Origin: Hyphochytrium catenoides | Lineage: Eukaryota > Protista > Hyphochytriomycota | DNA: 50,827 nucleotides | Direction of reading: 5' to 3' | Assembly (NCBI GenBank): GCA_900088475.1 | Contig: FLMG01000167.1 | Location: 1 to 50,827 of the forward strand | Part shown: piece by piece, positions 34,301-48,723 of the stretch | How the letters are laid out: each line of letters starts with the position of its first letter | How positions within the stretch are numbered: position 1 is the first letter of the stretch | Translations under genes and position numbers: made by a program | The notes under the pieces: model-generated | The model's database searches: none | Told to the model about the DNA's origin: nothing | The model's input: the letters and a program-made list of their open reading frames with translations, nothing else

Positions 34301-37300
34301 AATACTCGCGCTTCCAGGTAAAGCAGAAAGGGGAAAAGTTGGAAGGAAGAAACAGCCAGCTCCTTCTGCTCCCTGCTCAAGTCGTTTCATATGCAACGTC
34401 TGAATCAGTTCTAGGACCTCTGTAGACATGTTTCTGGCTGTGACTCGTCTTTCGCAGATAATCACTTCGTCGTTCTCACGGTCGCTTTTAACCTTAGAGT
34501 ATCGACAACGAGTTTGTTTCCATTATGCGGAAGGTAGCCCTCAAGCCTCAGATGATGGAAGTGCTGGAGCTTCCCAACCTACAACTGTCTTTAGAGAGAC
34601 AGGAAGATATGATGAGCAAGATCCAAAAGGCTCTGGGAGAGTATTTGGAGAGACAGCGCGCCGGTTTTTCTCGGTTCTACTTCGTTGGTGACGAAGACTT
34701 GCTGGAGATTATTGGAAATAGCAAGGATCCCGTTAAGATTCTGAGGCATTTGAGCAAGATGTTCTCGGGTATCTCATCATTGGAGCTAAAGAAAAAAGGA
34801 ATTGAGGACGCAGGACAAGCAGGAGGAGGAGGACAGCTCATAGTAGGGATGGTGTCCAGGGAAGGAGAAGTTGTCCCTTTTTCTGAGCCAATTGACGTGG
34901 AGGAGGACCCAAGAGTCAACGTATGGCTAGGAAAAGTTGAGAGACAGATGCGCCTTACCCTGGCCAACCTCTTAGAGACGGCGATAATCAACATGTCACA
35001 GTTCTTCTCTCCTTCTTCCTCCTCCCTTGTACCACAGAAGTTCTTAGATTGGGTTGACAAGTTCCCAGCCCAAATCGTTATCCTCGCCTCTCAGGTCGAG
35101 TGGTCGCAGAGCGTCGACCGAGCTTTGAAGGGAGGAGATAAGGAGAAAAAAGGAAGAGAAGCTCTTCAGACTATTCTTTCCCGCTTGGGGAGTTGTCTAC
35201 AGCTCCTTGCAGCCTGTGTACTTCAGGATCTACCGCAGGAGAGGAGAAAGAAATATGAGCAGCTGATAACTGAACTAGTACACCAAAGAGACGTCACCCG
35301 TTCACTGATTGACGAAGGAGTCGAGCAAGAAACGGACTTCAAGTGGGGCTACCATCTGCGTTATTACTACTATCCACAGGAGAAAGACCCCTTACAGAAG
35401 CTGAACATAAGGGTCGCCAATGCTCAGGTAAAAGGCTGAACTGGGATGCTTAGTGCTGATAGTGGAGCACAGGACGAACCAGATGGGCGGAGTGAAGATC
35501 TGAGCGTTGCGCTCCTGAGGCGTTCAATCAAAATCAAACTCTCACATGAACTCACGCCTTTGTAACCTTTCGACTGCTTCCCCCGCTTCGTCTCTCCACC
35601 CGTTCTAGTTCTACTACGGCTTTGAGTATCTTGGTGTGGGCGAAAGGCTGGTGCAGACGCCCCTGACGGACAGGTAATCGACGTTTCCGCCCTTATTTTG
35701 CTGGCAACTCGTTCAGACTGACCCCTATCCTCTTGGCATATTAGGTGCTATCTGACTTTGACGCAGGCCCTGCATTTCCGCATGGGAGGTAATCCATTTG
35801 GCCCGGCAGGCACAGGAAAGACAGAGAGCGTGAAGGCGTTAGGCGCACAGTTAGGCCGTTTTGTCCTCGTCTTCAACTGTGATGAACACTTCGATTTTCA
35901 GGCCATGGGGAGGATTTTCATTGGTTTGTGCCAGGTAAGAACGAGCTGCAGGCAACGAAGAACAGCTCAAACCAGAAGAGGAAGAGAGCGACGCCTTCGT
36001 GTAGTACACAGACGTTATAGTCGTCTATCTAGAAAGGGCCTCTGCTCTTTCTTCCTCTGTTTGTATCTGACTCCAATGTTCCCAAGTACTCCGTTCTTTC
36101 CATCATGCTGGCCTAACATCCTCTCGCTACCACATCACTGGTTGCAGGTAGGGGCCTGGGGCTGCTTCGATGAGTTCAATAGGTTGGAGGAGAGGATTCT
36201 CTCTGCCGTCTCTCAGCAGATCCAGACCATACAAGAAGGACTCAGCTCTCAGAAAGACTCTGTGGAGCTCATTGGGAAGTCGGTCAAGCTCCATAAGGAC
36301 GTAGGGATCTTCGTGACCATGAATCCTGGTTATGCAGGAAGGTCAAACCTTCCAGATAATCTTAAGCAGCTTTTCAGGAGCATTGCCATGGTGGCCCCAG
36401 ATAGAGAAATCATTGCACAAGTGATGCTCTTCTCTCAGGTCTGTAACATTGCTTTAGCTTTGCCTAGAATTTACCTCTGTTGAGTCGTCCTTCGGCAATG
36501 GCATCTGGCTAGTTCTATCTAGCTTATTTTCACACTTCGCTCTTTGTTCGCTATGGCTCACGGTCTTATGTCAGGGTATCGCTTCGGCCGAGAAATTGTC
36601 TAGCAAAGTGGTCCTCCTCTTTAAGCTTTGCGAAGACCAATTGTCCAGCCAGCCGCATTATGACTTTGGCCTTAGAGCTTTGAAGTCTGTGCTAGTCTCT
36701 GCGGGCACATTGAAGAGGGAAAAGCTCGAGGCACTTTCCAAAGGTAAGGGTGCTGTGGTTCCCTGGGGGACGATAAGGTTGATATGTGGAGAGGAGAAAG
36801 CGAGAACAAGTAGATGCAGCTTAGAGACGGAAGGACGGCTCAAGTAAGTTTGACAAGACCTCTCTGCTAATAGTCTTACGTTCATTCATGCATACTATAG
36901 ATGGCACAAGTCCCATAGTAGGAGGGCAGGAAGGACAACAAGCCCTACACATTGTGGAGAAAGAAGTACTGATCCGGAGCGTATGCGACACCGTTGTTCC
37001 CAAGCTCGTCGCCAACGACATACCCGTCTTTTCCTCTCTTCTCTCCGGTGTCTTTCCCGGCACTGAACTCTCTAAGGTTCAAGCGGACAAGCTGAGGGAG
37101 CACATTAAGGATATCTGCAAGGAGAGTGACCTGCTTCTTGGAGAAGAGTGGGGAGAGAAGGTCCTTCAACTTTACCAAGTCCTCTCTCTGCGACATGGAG
37201 TGATGATGGTGGGACCGTCAGGAACAGGGAAGAGCACCGCTTGGCGAGTGCTTCTGCAGGCCATGGAAAGACTGGATGGGAAGAAGGGAGAACACTACGT

Positions 37301-40300
37301 CATAGATCCCAAGGCTATAAGTAAGGAGCAGCTCTATGGCACCCTCGATCCCACGACTCTCGAATGGGAAGATGGTGTCTTCACCTTTATCCTCAGGCAG
37401 ATCTTAAACAATGTCCGAGGGGAGAAAGGGAANNNNNNNNNNNNNNNNNNNNNNNNNNNNNNNNNNGCAACAGTGAGTCGTTGTGGAATGGTCTGGTTTA
37501 GTGAGGATACTCTTTCGACTGCGATGCTCTGTGAGAATGCTCTCAGAAGTATGAGGAAGGCAGCAGGAAAGGCAAAGGAAGCTGGGGCTGGCATTGATCC
37601 TCACGAAGGCGCAAGAGCCCAGTATGTGCAAGCGGTTGAGCCGTTCTTCTTCCCCGGCAGGACTGCAGATTCGTTGTCTGAGACTCTGTCGGCGGGCAAC
37701 CTCTCCGGAACTTTGGTAGAGACCGCTCTCCGCTTTGCTGTGGAACAGGAACATGTAATGGAGGCAACGAGAGGAAGGCTTCTAGTTACTTTCTTTTCTC
37801 TTCTAGGGAAAGGAGTGGGGAAGGTGATAGAGTACAATGAGAGTCATCCTGATTTTCCAATGGGCGAGGAACAAGTCCAGAGTTTTGCCTCCAAGTGGCT
37901 GCTCTTTTCTCTTTTATGGGGCTTCGGGGGCTCTATGGCCTTAGGAAAACGTGTTGAATTGGCGGGACTTATTGAAGAGAGCTGCAGTGTTCCCCTTCCG
38001 TCTGCGCTCTCCTTCTCCAGCAGCAACAAAAAGAGCGCTTTCAAGGACGGGAAAGAGAACCTGGAAGGACGAGAGTCTCTTTTGGACTATGAGGTTTGCG
38101 TAGAGACAGGAGAATGGCGTCACTGGAAGCAGAGCGTCCCGCAAATAGAGTTAGAGAGCCACTCCGCTCTCTCAACCGACATCGTCGTGTCGACGGTGGA
38201 TACTGTGAGACATGTAGAGGTTCTGCGAGCTTGGCTCTCAGAGCATCGCCCTCTCATCCTGTGTGGGCCGCCAGGAAGCGGGAAAACGATGACGCTTAGC
38301 TCAACTCTTCTTTCGCTTCCTGACCTAGAGCTCGCCTCGCTTAACTTTTCCTCTACAACAACCCCTGAGCTTATTCTGAAGACCTTCAGTCAGTACTGCG
38401 AGTATAAAAGAACGCCGTCTGGACTGATTCTGCAGCCAACGCAGCCAGGTGAGGTAGTCTGAGATGCTCTTATCCATGGACCTGCTTGTTCTGGCTACTT
38501 CTTCCCTCCGCTTTTCCACCGATAATGGCTACTCCTGTCTCCACTTCTCTGTTTGTCTGTCCCTATCCGTCGTCTGCATGTCTCTTTCGAACGATATCGT
38601 CATCCTGCATAGCTCTTGTACCTCCTTCGCCTCGAAGTGTAGTGGCATCTGCCCGGTTGTTAGCCTATTCTCAATCTTTTCATGCATGTGGTGAAGGCAA
38701 ATGGCTGGTGGTTTTCTGTGACGAGGTCAACCTGCCTGCAAATGACCAGTACGGCACACAACGAGTCATCAGTTTCATGAGGCAGATGACTGAGCAAGGA
38801 GGTAGCGCTAAGTCGTCTTCTCTAGCATACTGATCCCTCTTCCATTCTCCGCTTAACGGTCTTTGCAATGGTAGTCCGTCCCTTCCTTCTCATCTCCAAG
38901 CCACACTGGCTGAAATTCAAAATAGATCTCCAATTCCAGAGCTTGGGCCAGTCATCGTTCATCGCCTAAGACTCTTTATCACAGGCTTCTGGAAAGGCAA
39001 GGACTACGTTCGGCTCCAGCGTATCCAGTTTGTTGGCGCCTGCAATCCTCCTACAGACCCAGGAAGAGTGATTCTCTCCAATCGATTCCTCCGACACTCT
39101 CCACTGCTACTAGTCGACTATCCTTCTCCCTCCTCGCTAAAGCAGATCTATGGAACATTCATCAAAGGTCTCCTGAAGCTTGCTCCATCGCTAAGAGCTA
39201 ATGTTGACCCGCTCACAAACGCTATGGTAAGACGACCTATCATGACAAATGTCCGCCAAATCTCGTCAGCGTGCCGTGACTTGTGGTTCTTATATGTCTG
39301 CAGTGATAGCATCCCCAACACTTCTCACCTTTCCTTTGTTACCTTGGCGCCGCCTCAGTCGTGGCGCCGTTCAATAATGAGCATTCATGTTGACAGTTCT
39401 CCGTGTCTGCTTGCGCAGGTCGACATCTATCTCTACAATCAGCGTGAGTTTACGCCCGACATGCATCCCCACTACATCTACAGTCCCAGAGAATTATCAC
39501 GGTGGATCCGCGCTCTGTATGAAGCGATCGAGCCGCTGGAGACTCTGACTTTGGATGAGCTGACTCGGCTCCTGGTGCATGAAGCTCTAAGATTGTTTGT
39601 TGACCGTCTTGTCACCAGAGAAGAGCAAGAGAAGTGCAGTCGCGCGATCGAGGACATCGTATGCAACGCTTTCCCTATGATAAACAGGTACAAGATTGTC
39701 TCAGTCTCTCCTCGGGTTGGGGTCAACACTTCCTGCTAGGTGTAATGCCTAGCGTCTACAGCTCCTTGTGATAGTTCGGATGCCCTAAACTGCCTTGCGT
39801 TAACTCCGTTCATTTCCCATGGCAGGAACACCACTCTGGCATCTCCAATCCTCTTCTCAACATGGTTATCGAAGAATTACGTCAGCGTCCAATCCAAAGC
39901 TCTACGAGAGCATGTCCAAGCTCGTTTGAAAGTGTTCAATGAGGAGGAATTGAATGTCCAGTTAGTAGTATTTGACTCCGTTCTGGAGCATGTGCTTAGA
40001 ATAGACAGAGTGCTTAGACAGCCGCTCGGACATTTGCTCCTTGTTGGAGAGAGCGGCGCCGGCAAGACTGTTCTCTCCAAGTTTGTGGCATGGATGAATG
40101 GTCTTAGTGTCTTCCAGGTAGGAGAGAAAAGAAGCTGAGAGAGAGGGAGAAAGAATCCTAGTGGAAGAGGACGGATGAAGGGAACAGGTCTATACTCCGT
40201 TCTTAATGCTGTCGATCTGATTGGCTACTCGCTATAGCCCTCTGCTCTGATTTGGCCCATCTCCTAGACAGCTGTGTAAGGTTTGACACACATTTTTTAC

Positions 40301-43300
40301 TGCTGCTGCAGGTCAAGGCTAGCCGAAAGTACGGGATCGACGACTTTGACGAGGATCTGAGAAAAGTATTGAGGCGCGCTGGCGTTGACGGGGAGAAGAT
40401 CTGCTTCATCTTTGACGAGAGCAATGTCCTGTCTTCCGCGTTTCTAGAGAGAATGAACGCTCTTCTGGCTAGCGGAGAGGTCCGAGAAACATCTTATTGC
40501 TTGTCTTGTCAATCCGAAAGACCTTGTATTGACCGTGTAGCTACTTTGGACCCTGAGCCTGAGTTGGGCTATGTCCTCTGTTTTTCTCTTCGCCCTGTCC
40601 CTCACGCAGCCTGAATATCAGTATCTTACGCTTTTTTGTTTGAGTATTTTTAGCACCACCGACGTCAATCCTGCTTTTGACACTTGTTGCCCCGTTATTA
40701 AGGTCCCTGGCCTCTTTGAGGGAGATGAGTACTCGTCGCTGATTACGGCGTGCAAGGAGGCTGCCCAGCGGGAAGGCGTAGTGCTTGACACTGAGGACGA
40801 GTTGTTCAAGAGGTTCACTAAGAGAGTACAGAGGAACTTGCATGTTGTCTTCACAATGAACCCAGCAGGAGGGGACTTCTCGTCATCACTCTCTCATCGC
40901 TCGGCTACGTCTCCAGCTCTCTTCAACCGCTGCGTGGTTGACTGGTTTGGCAGCTGGAGTCAAGGTGCACTCTCACAGGTAGGTACAGATCATCTGCGAA
41001 GACTAGCAGGAAGGAGAGTCGCTATTGTTCCTTGGCTGACCTACTCACTTGGGCTAACAGGTGGCATATGAGTTCACTCTAAATATGGACCTGGAAAAGC
41101 CTGAGTTCCAGGCTGGGCCAGAAGGAGACGAATTGCTGAAGGTGGTAGAGAACGTGGACATGGCAGGAGGAAGGTAAGGAGACGCATTCAATGAGAATGG
41201 ACATAATGGACAATGCAGGGATGCAGGGCCCGGAACAAATTCCTATTAGTTAGTAAATGGCTGCTGAAGGGTGATTAGCTGTGCAGGCTGAAGGCAGGAG
41301 AGCCCATAGTAGCTAAGAGAGTAGTGATAAGCCCAGGTGGTTGCGAGAGACTGGGAAGCCTCTTATCGTCTCTTTCCCTCGTTTCTTCTAGCGAGGGAAG
41401 ACAAAAGTCCTACAGGGCCGCGGTTGTTGCCTCCATCGTCCACATCCACAATCAGGCCATCGATACCATGCAAAGACTTGCAAGGAGAGGCCAAAAGGGT
41501 GAGTTGTCTATCAGTTCAGCTTCACTTTGCTTATATCGCTAGCGAAGTTTTCTCCATATCTTCGTAGGCTAGGGGTCTCTTGATCTCAGCATCGTACCTT
41601 CCCGGACGTATAAAAGCATTTAACGTGGCCCTTGTTCCTTCTTCTTCCTCCACGGTCAGCCAATTTCTTGTCTCCTCGCGACTATTTGGACTTCATCAAG
41701 CATTTCTTGGACGTTTATCAAGAGAAGAGGTGAGCCAGTGCGTGGCGTTGCTATAGAGTCAAAGAGCACTAGCACCTGGGATACCAGCGTTGTAGACGTC
41801 ATCATAAAGTTAGAAGGCAGAAGGGTGATCTGACCCTGCTCTTAACGAATACCTCTTCGAATGTTATGGACTCACGCCGCAACCTGCCTCCTTTTGTTGA
41901 CAAAGGAACCAATTGGAAGACCAGCAACTCCATCTTAACATTGGACTGACCAAGTTGAGAGAGACCCAGGAACAAGTAGCAGCTCTTCAGCTCTCTCTCT
42001 CCGGAAAGGAAAAGGAACTACGAGAGAAGGACAAGCTTGCGAATGAGAAGCTCCAACAGATGATTCGAGACCAAAACGAGGCTGAAAAGAGCAAGGAGAA
42101 TGCAGAGAAGCTATCGCTCTCTATTAGAGAACAAGAGAAAGAGATTGGGAAGAGAAAAGAAGAAGCACAGAAAGATCTCTCTCAAGCTGAACCTGCTCTC
42201 CTGGAAGCCCAACAAAGTGTGGGAAGCATTAGAAAGACCCAACTAGATGAGATTAGAGCTCTGGCTCGTCCTCCTCCCCTTGTGCAGCTTACCCTTGAGG
42301 CTGTGGCGGTGATGCTGGGAGAAAAATCTCTTGACTGGAGCGACCTCCGCAAATTTATCAGGTACGTGGTCGAAGTGTCTGCACCTATCAGCTTGAAAGT
42401 AAAAGTCAAGATGCGGACGGTGGTGAGGCAGGGGCAGGAGATCAAGGTGAAAGTCTGCTATCGGGGAGAGTTGTTAGCGTTGGAGCTCTCTGGACGTGAT
42501 CTAAGAGCAGGCTGACGCGTGCAAGCTAATAGACGGAGACACCAGGGAATAAGTGTGTGGAGGCAGCCTTCAATGAAGAGAAAGAGCTCCACAGCTCTTT
42601 ATAATCGACTGTCTCTCTCCTTCATCCTCTAGGCGCGATGACTTCATCTCCCAGGTTGTCAACTTCAAGAGCGAGCTATTGTCACCCAAGCAGAGGGAGA
42701 CAATTCAGAAGAAGTATCTTGAGAACGAGGACTTTGAGTTTGAGAAGGTATGTGGAAGAAGATGCAAGGCGGTAGCATGACTTCCATATCAAGCAGCTCT
42801 TGGGGCCTGTCTCCTTTCTTGTTCTGCTGCTCTTCGTGTAGTCCTCTCTGGTTGGCGCCTTCCCTCTTCTGTCTTACTTGATGGGCTGGTGCTGTCTTTG
42901 CTCTGTCATGACCTTCAGCATTCCTCAATGACTTGGCTTCTCACGCCTTTCTATCTTTTGCAGGTCAACCGTGCTAGCAAGGCATGCGGCCCTCTCTGCA
43001 AGTGGGTCGTTTCCCAGATCAATTATAGCGCGATCCTGAATAAGGTTCAACCTCTGAGGGATGAGGTGGCGAGTCTAGAGGCCGAAGCAGCTGGTCTTAC
43101 ACAGCAGGTTACGCCCCACTTCTCCCTTCTCTCTCTCGCGCTCTTTCTCTCTCGCCTTATTTTTTGGTGCTTGGATGTGCTGTCGCTACCCTTGTATGGC
43201 TTTCCTTACAGCGCCACACCAAGGACCTTCGTTTAGCGTCTACACTTGTTCGACCGTCCAGCCTGTTCACTCAAAGCACCATTGTCTCTCTTTTCAAGTT

Positions 43301-46300
43301 TCTTGGTCCGCCCTTTTTAACTCAACTCATGGACCTAACGCCTTTCTCTTTGACTGTTGCCTGCAGTTCGAGGAACTTCGTTCAGCTATCGAAGAGTATG
43401 AGCTGCGAATCTCTCAATACAAGCAGGAATATGCGGAGCTGATCAATGAGGCTCAAACCATTAAGGCGGAGAAGGAGAAGGTAGAGAAGAAGGTGGAGAG
43501 GAGTACTGCTCTTCTCGCCAACCTTCTAGGAGAGAGAAAGAGATGGGAAGAGAGTAGTGAGAGCTTCCAGAGTCAAATGGTAAGGTTCCCTATTAGCTTC
43601 TTCGTGCTATGCAGATGATTGATCAGTGTGGCATTTTCTGTACCAATGTGTGACCCACTGGACGCTGATGGCTCTCTTACTTTAGGATACTTTGACGGGC
43701 GATTCCCTCTTAGCGGGCGCCTTTCTCACATATGCGGGCTTCCTGGATCAAAGACAGAGACAACTGCTCTTCCAAGACTGGAGGGACGTGCTTCTCTCTC
43801 TGAAGGTAGGCAAGACATAAAGGCTTAAGTTGCTGTTTGGTTCTGTTTTCTCCTGAACCAATTACTGAACTTGAATCTCGGGTTATGAACCTCTTCCAGG
43901 GGTGACCTTGCTATCTTTTTCCAGTCTGCATTGCCAATCCCGTCTCCCTAGCAGCGTATCTCTTTCCTTAAGATCGTTCGTGTCTTGAAGCCCTTGGTTT
44001 CCCGTCGCAGGTCTCTTTCCGAGACGAGATCTCCTTGGCGGAGTATCTGTCCAAGCCCAACGATAGGTTGCAATGGCAGGCACAAGGCCTGCCATCTGAC
44101 GACCTTTGCGTGGAGAACGCAATAATCCTTTCAAGATTCAACAGGTGCGAGGGCAGACAGGACAAGTAGAATGCTGGCGGGATTGATGAGGGAGGAGATG
44201 AAGGGGAGACCGGAAAAGAGAAAATGATCGGTCAAGAAGATATAGAATAGGGGGACGTGGTGCACAGAGCGAGAGAGGGAGGGACGAGGGAGCTACGCAT
44301 ACCCCTAGATTTCCTCTGAGACCACTTCCTCAGACGTTGATTGACCCTGTTATCGTACCATCTCTCCTCTCTTTCATGATGCTCCTGCCGCAGATATCCC
44401 CTCATTATCGACCCGTCCAATCAAGCGAAAGACTTTCTGCTCAACAGTTATAAGGAGAAGAAACTTGTCACCGCCTCTTTCCTTGATGCCTCTTTCTTCA
44501 AGCTTCTAGCGTCTTCTCTTCGCTTCGGCACTCCTCTCCTGGTGCAGGATGTAGAGAGCATTGATCCTGTTCTCAACCCTGTGCTGAACAAGGAATATCA
44601 TAGAACAGGAGGAAGAGTACTAGTCCGAGTGGGAGAAGAAGAGATTGACTTCTCTCCAGACTTCGTGATGTTCATGAGTAAGTTACTAGCTTTCTCCAGC
44701 CCATGTCTCTCAGCGTCGCACTGTCCACGCTCTTCTCTATGCCGCCAAGCACTCACCTGTTGGTTTCCCTTCTCTCTAGGCACCAGAGATCCATCATTCC
44801 GGTTCTCTCCTGATCTCTGCAGTCGTGTCACCTTTGTCAACTTCTCCATCACTCCGGCCAGTCTCCACACGCAGTGCCTCACACGGATACTTAAGAGCGA
44901 GAGACCTGGTATAAGCCTCTCCTCTTCCTTTTCTTCGCTCTGTTATGAATCTTGCTATCCTCAATCTTGGGTCGCTCAGTTCCGCTTTCCAACAGTCTCC
45001 AAGCCCATTCTTTGTTGACCGGTAGTCCTCTCTCTGTCACTTTACGACTCCCTTCAATTGACCTTCAGTTCGACAATGGAGCCTAAAGGCGAGATTACCT
45101 ATGTTTGTCAGCTCATCTGAGAGACTTCTGTGAATCGTGGGCTTGCCTTTCGCTCTAACGCTTTTCCTCTCCTGCCTCGCTTTGTGCTCATAAGATATCG
45201 ACAAGAAGCGCTCGGACTTGCTTAAACTGCAAGGCGAGTATCAGGCTCGCCTTAGAGACTTGGAGGAGCAGCTCCTGGACAAGTTGAACGGCGTTCAAGG
45301 CAATATCCTAGACGACGATTCAGTTATCAATGCGCTGGAAGTGATCAAGTCGGAAGCGGCACAAGTGGCGCAGGAAATAGCCAATACGGAGGTTGTGATG
45401 AAGGAAGTGCAGGTAAGACAAGCGCTTCAGAGGAGGATTGAGGAGGTGGTTCCAGGGCCCTCTTATCTTCTTGAGCACTATAATTGTCACAGAGGAGGAT
45501 CTCGGATCAATTTCTTTCCTTCTCTTCTTGCTCTTCTGAGCCTGACACTCCCAAACCCCGCTTGCCCCATTCAGACTTTCTTGGCATCGTCAATCTACAT
45601 AGGTCCCTCATCTCTACTTTCGTCTCTTTCTAGGCGGTGACATCTCTGTTCGAACCATTAGCAATGGCGTGCACTCGCGTCTACTTTTCTCTCGAACAGC
45701 TTGCAGAGGTGCACTTCCTCTACCAGTTTTCTCTGCAGTTTTTCCTAAACATTCTGGACACTTTGCTGGATAGTAACAAGGTAAGTCGTGGTAGATTCCA
45801 GAAGACCGGTTTCGTTCTCCCCTCTCAACCCGGTCTGTTTGTGCACATGTTCGTCTCTCTTTCTCGTCCTCCTTCCCTCTCTCTTTTTCCAATTTTGTCT
45901 CCCGCACTCTCCTTTTCGATCTATCGATCCATCTCTTCTTACTCTTTTCATTTCCGACTTGACCCCATTCTTAGACCTAGTGTCTCTCTTACGTCCTCTT
46001 CTAGAAAGAGATCTTTGTTCTACATCTCGACTTCTCTCTCTATCTTCCCACTTCTCTAAGCCCGCCGCTTCTGGCTTCTCTCTCTTTAGCCCCCAACTGG
46101 CCAGAACCTAAACACAGCAGAGCGACTTTCCATGCTGACATCCAAGTTTTTCTCGGCTATCGCACGATCGGTCTCTCGCGGCCTGCTGGCTGATGATCGA
46201 CTAATGTTTGCGCTCAGGCTTGCTCAGATCTCTATTTCTCCCAGCAAGCAACTGTCAGATATGGAATGGGGTGAGAGAAGAGAGAAAGACAGCTCATACT

Positions 46301-48689
46301 TTGCTCTTGTTTCCTCTGCTCTTATCTGTATATAGTTCTGCTTGCATTTTTCCCTTTTTCATAATCTCCCTCCTTTCCAGCTATTTTGTATGACCATAAT
46401 TACTCTTTTCTAAGGCATCTCTGCAGACTTCTTCCTTCGTGGCCCTGCTATTCCTCCCTCTGTCTCGCAGGTGGAAGCTGTACAGGCTGTTCTCCCTGTT
46501 TCTGTCCCTGTCAAGCAGCAGCAGAGATTTGCCTCTTTATTGCTTATCCCATCTTTCTCCACTCTCCTGGAGCATATCCGCACTCACAAAGAGGAATGGG
46601 ACAGCTTCTTCTCCTCTGGTGAACCCGAGAATGCTCTTCCGTCCGTATGGCAAGAGGAGAAAGAGAAAGGAGAGCACGTCCTTTATAGTCTACGCTCTCT
46701 CCTTCTCCTTCACGTCTTGAGGCCTGACAGGTTCATATCTTACGCCGAGAAGGTGGTTGAGCTTGTCTTTGGAGCTGACTTCCCCTGGAGGGGAGAGGAA
46801 ACGGGTATGGAAAAAGTGGTCGAGGAAGAGAGCTCGGCCGCAGTGCCGCTATTGCTCTGTTCGAAGCCTGGTAAGTCTTATCAAAAAGCGAACTTGAGCG
46901 GTGAAAGGGCTAAAGGGAGATCTTCTTTTTCTTTCCTGCCGGTTGGGATATCCGTCTCTGTAGGGTATGACGCAAGCTCCAAAGTGGACAAGCTGGCCAC
47001 AGAGTTGAAGAAGAGGTCTTACCGGAGCATTGCGATGGGCAGCAGCGAAGGGTTCGAGATGGCTGAGAAAGCTATTGGAGGAGCTGCGAAGGATGGTGAG
47101 GAACCTAGGTCGACTATTCCTGTCTACGATATAAGCTGTCATGGCTGTCTCTGTCTTCCGCTCTTTAGCTCCCCCTCCTCTCTCCCTGCTACGCTGCTCT
47201 TCTAAACTCTCCTTCCACTGCCTCTTCTCAACGTGGATAATCGTTGGTCCCACTCCCTCTGTGTCTCTGACTAGCTCATTGTCTTATTTCTCTCGTCTCT
47301 TTTTGTTAGGTACTTGGGTTCTCCTGCGCAACATTCATCTGTGTCCAGACTGGCTAGGGCAGCTGGAGAAGCGCCTTCACTCCCTACCTTCTGTGCACAG
47401 AGACTTCAGGCTCTTCCTCACGTCAGAGATTCACCCGAAACTGCCAGTCAGCCTCCTCCGAATGGCTGATATCTTTGTCTTTGAGTCCCCTAGTGGCGTG
47501 AAGGTAAGAGGGTCTCTGTCTCACTCTCTCTCTCTCTCGTTCCCGGAAACGTCACCTCATGTGAGGCTCTCCCTGTCATATGTTGGGTCACATTGGCTCC
47601 TGCTCTGGCTCGACTTTTAGGTCCTCTCCTTGCTTCACTTCATCCACCAGTGTGAGGCATTCTTCTGCTCAGGCTTCGTCCCTATATCCGTGTACGCTCT
47701 CTCTCTCTGATAAATGCAAGTGAATTCTCATGCACTGCCGTTCTTCCTCTTCTGTCTCAGGCGAGCCTTCTACGTTCCTTCGCCACGATCCCCAGCTCTC
47801 GCATGAACCGTCAGCCGGTGGAGAGGGCACGCTTATATTTCAATGTGGCCTGGCTGCATGCAATCTTACAAGAGAGGCTGCGATACCGGCCAGTGGGTTG
47901 GTCAAAGGTTTATGAGTTCAGTGATGCGGACCAAAGATGTGCCTTCGACGTGATCGACTACTGGGTTGACTCTGCTGCGCAAGGACGGTACGGGGAGCTG
48001 TCTTTCTCTCTCCGCTTATCTCTTCTTCTTTGGTGTGTTTCTCTCTCTTTATCCCCTTTGAACCTCTTGTTCTGTCTCTCTATCTGTCACAATCTGGTCA
48101 GTGCCACTCCTTAGCTTGGACGTTAGCACTCCTGAACAGTAAATCCACTCCAGTCTTTGCTCTTACCTTCATCTACCTCTGTTCTTCTGCCTCATCTCAA
48201 CATCATGTCAACCATATCTCTCTCTCTCTCTCTTTTCTTCTTCCCCACAGAGCTCATATATCTCCTGAGAATGTCCCTTGGGACGCCATCCGCACCGTGT
48301 TAGGGCAGAGTGTCTACGGAGGGAGAGTTGACAACCCGTTCGATCAGGCAGTCATGGACTCTCTCCTTCTCCATCTCTTCAACAGCAAAAGCTATGACCT
48401 TCACCTCCCTCTCGCGTCTGCATGGGCAACCGCCAGTGCAAGTGCAAGGGACAATCCAGGCTCGAAGACGCTTGTGACGGCGCCAGACAGCCGGAATCGA
48501 GAGCAATTTTTGGACTGGATTGTCTCTCTTCCGAACTCAAATTCCCCACTATGGCTTGGCCTGCCTAGTACCGCGGAAACGATGCTTCTTACGCAACAAG
48601 GTAAGCTGAAAGGGAAGAGAAAGAAGAGAAAGGGAGTGGTACTTGGCCACTGGCGTAGCACTTCCTCTGCAGAGGTTGTATTTCAGAAC

Positions 48690-48723
<34 letters not shown>

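Noticed and set aside
45303-45311. ATATCCTAG, a U12-donor-like motif in dynein
   Set aside because: It lies inside the conserved coding motif GNILDDD, the exon reads through in frame, and no matching branch/AC end is needed.
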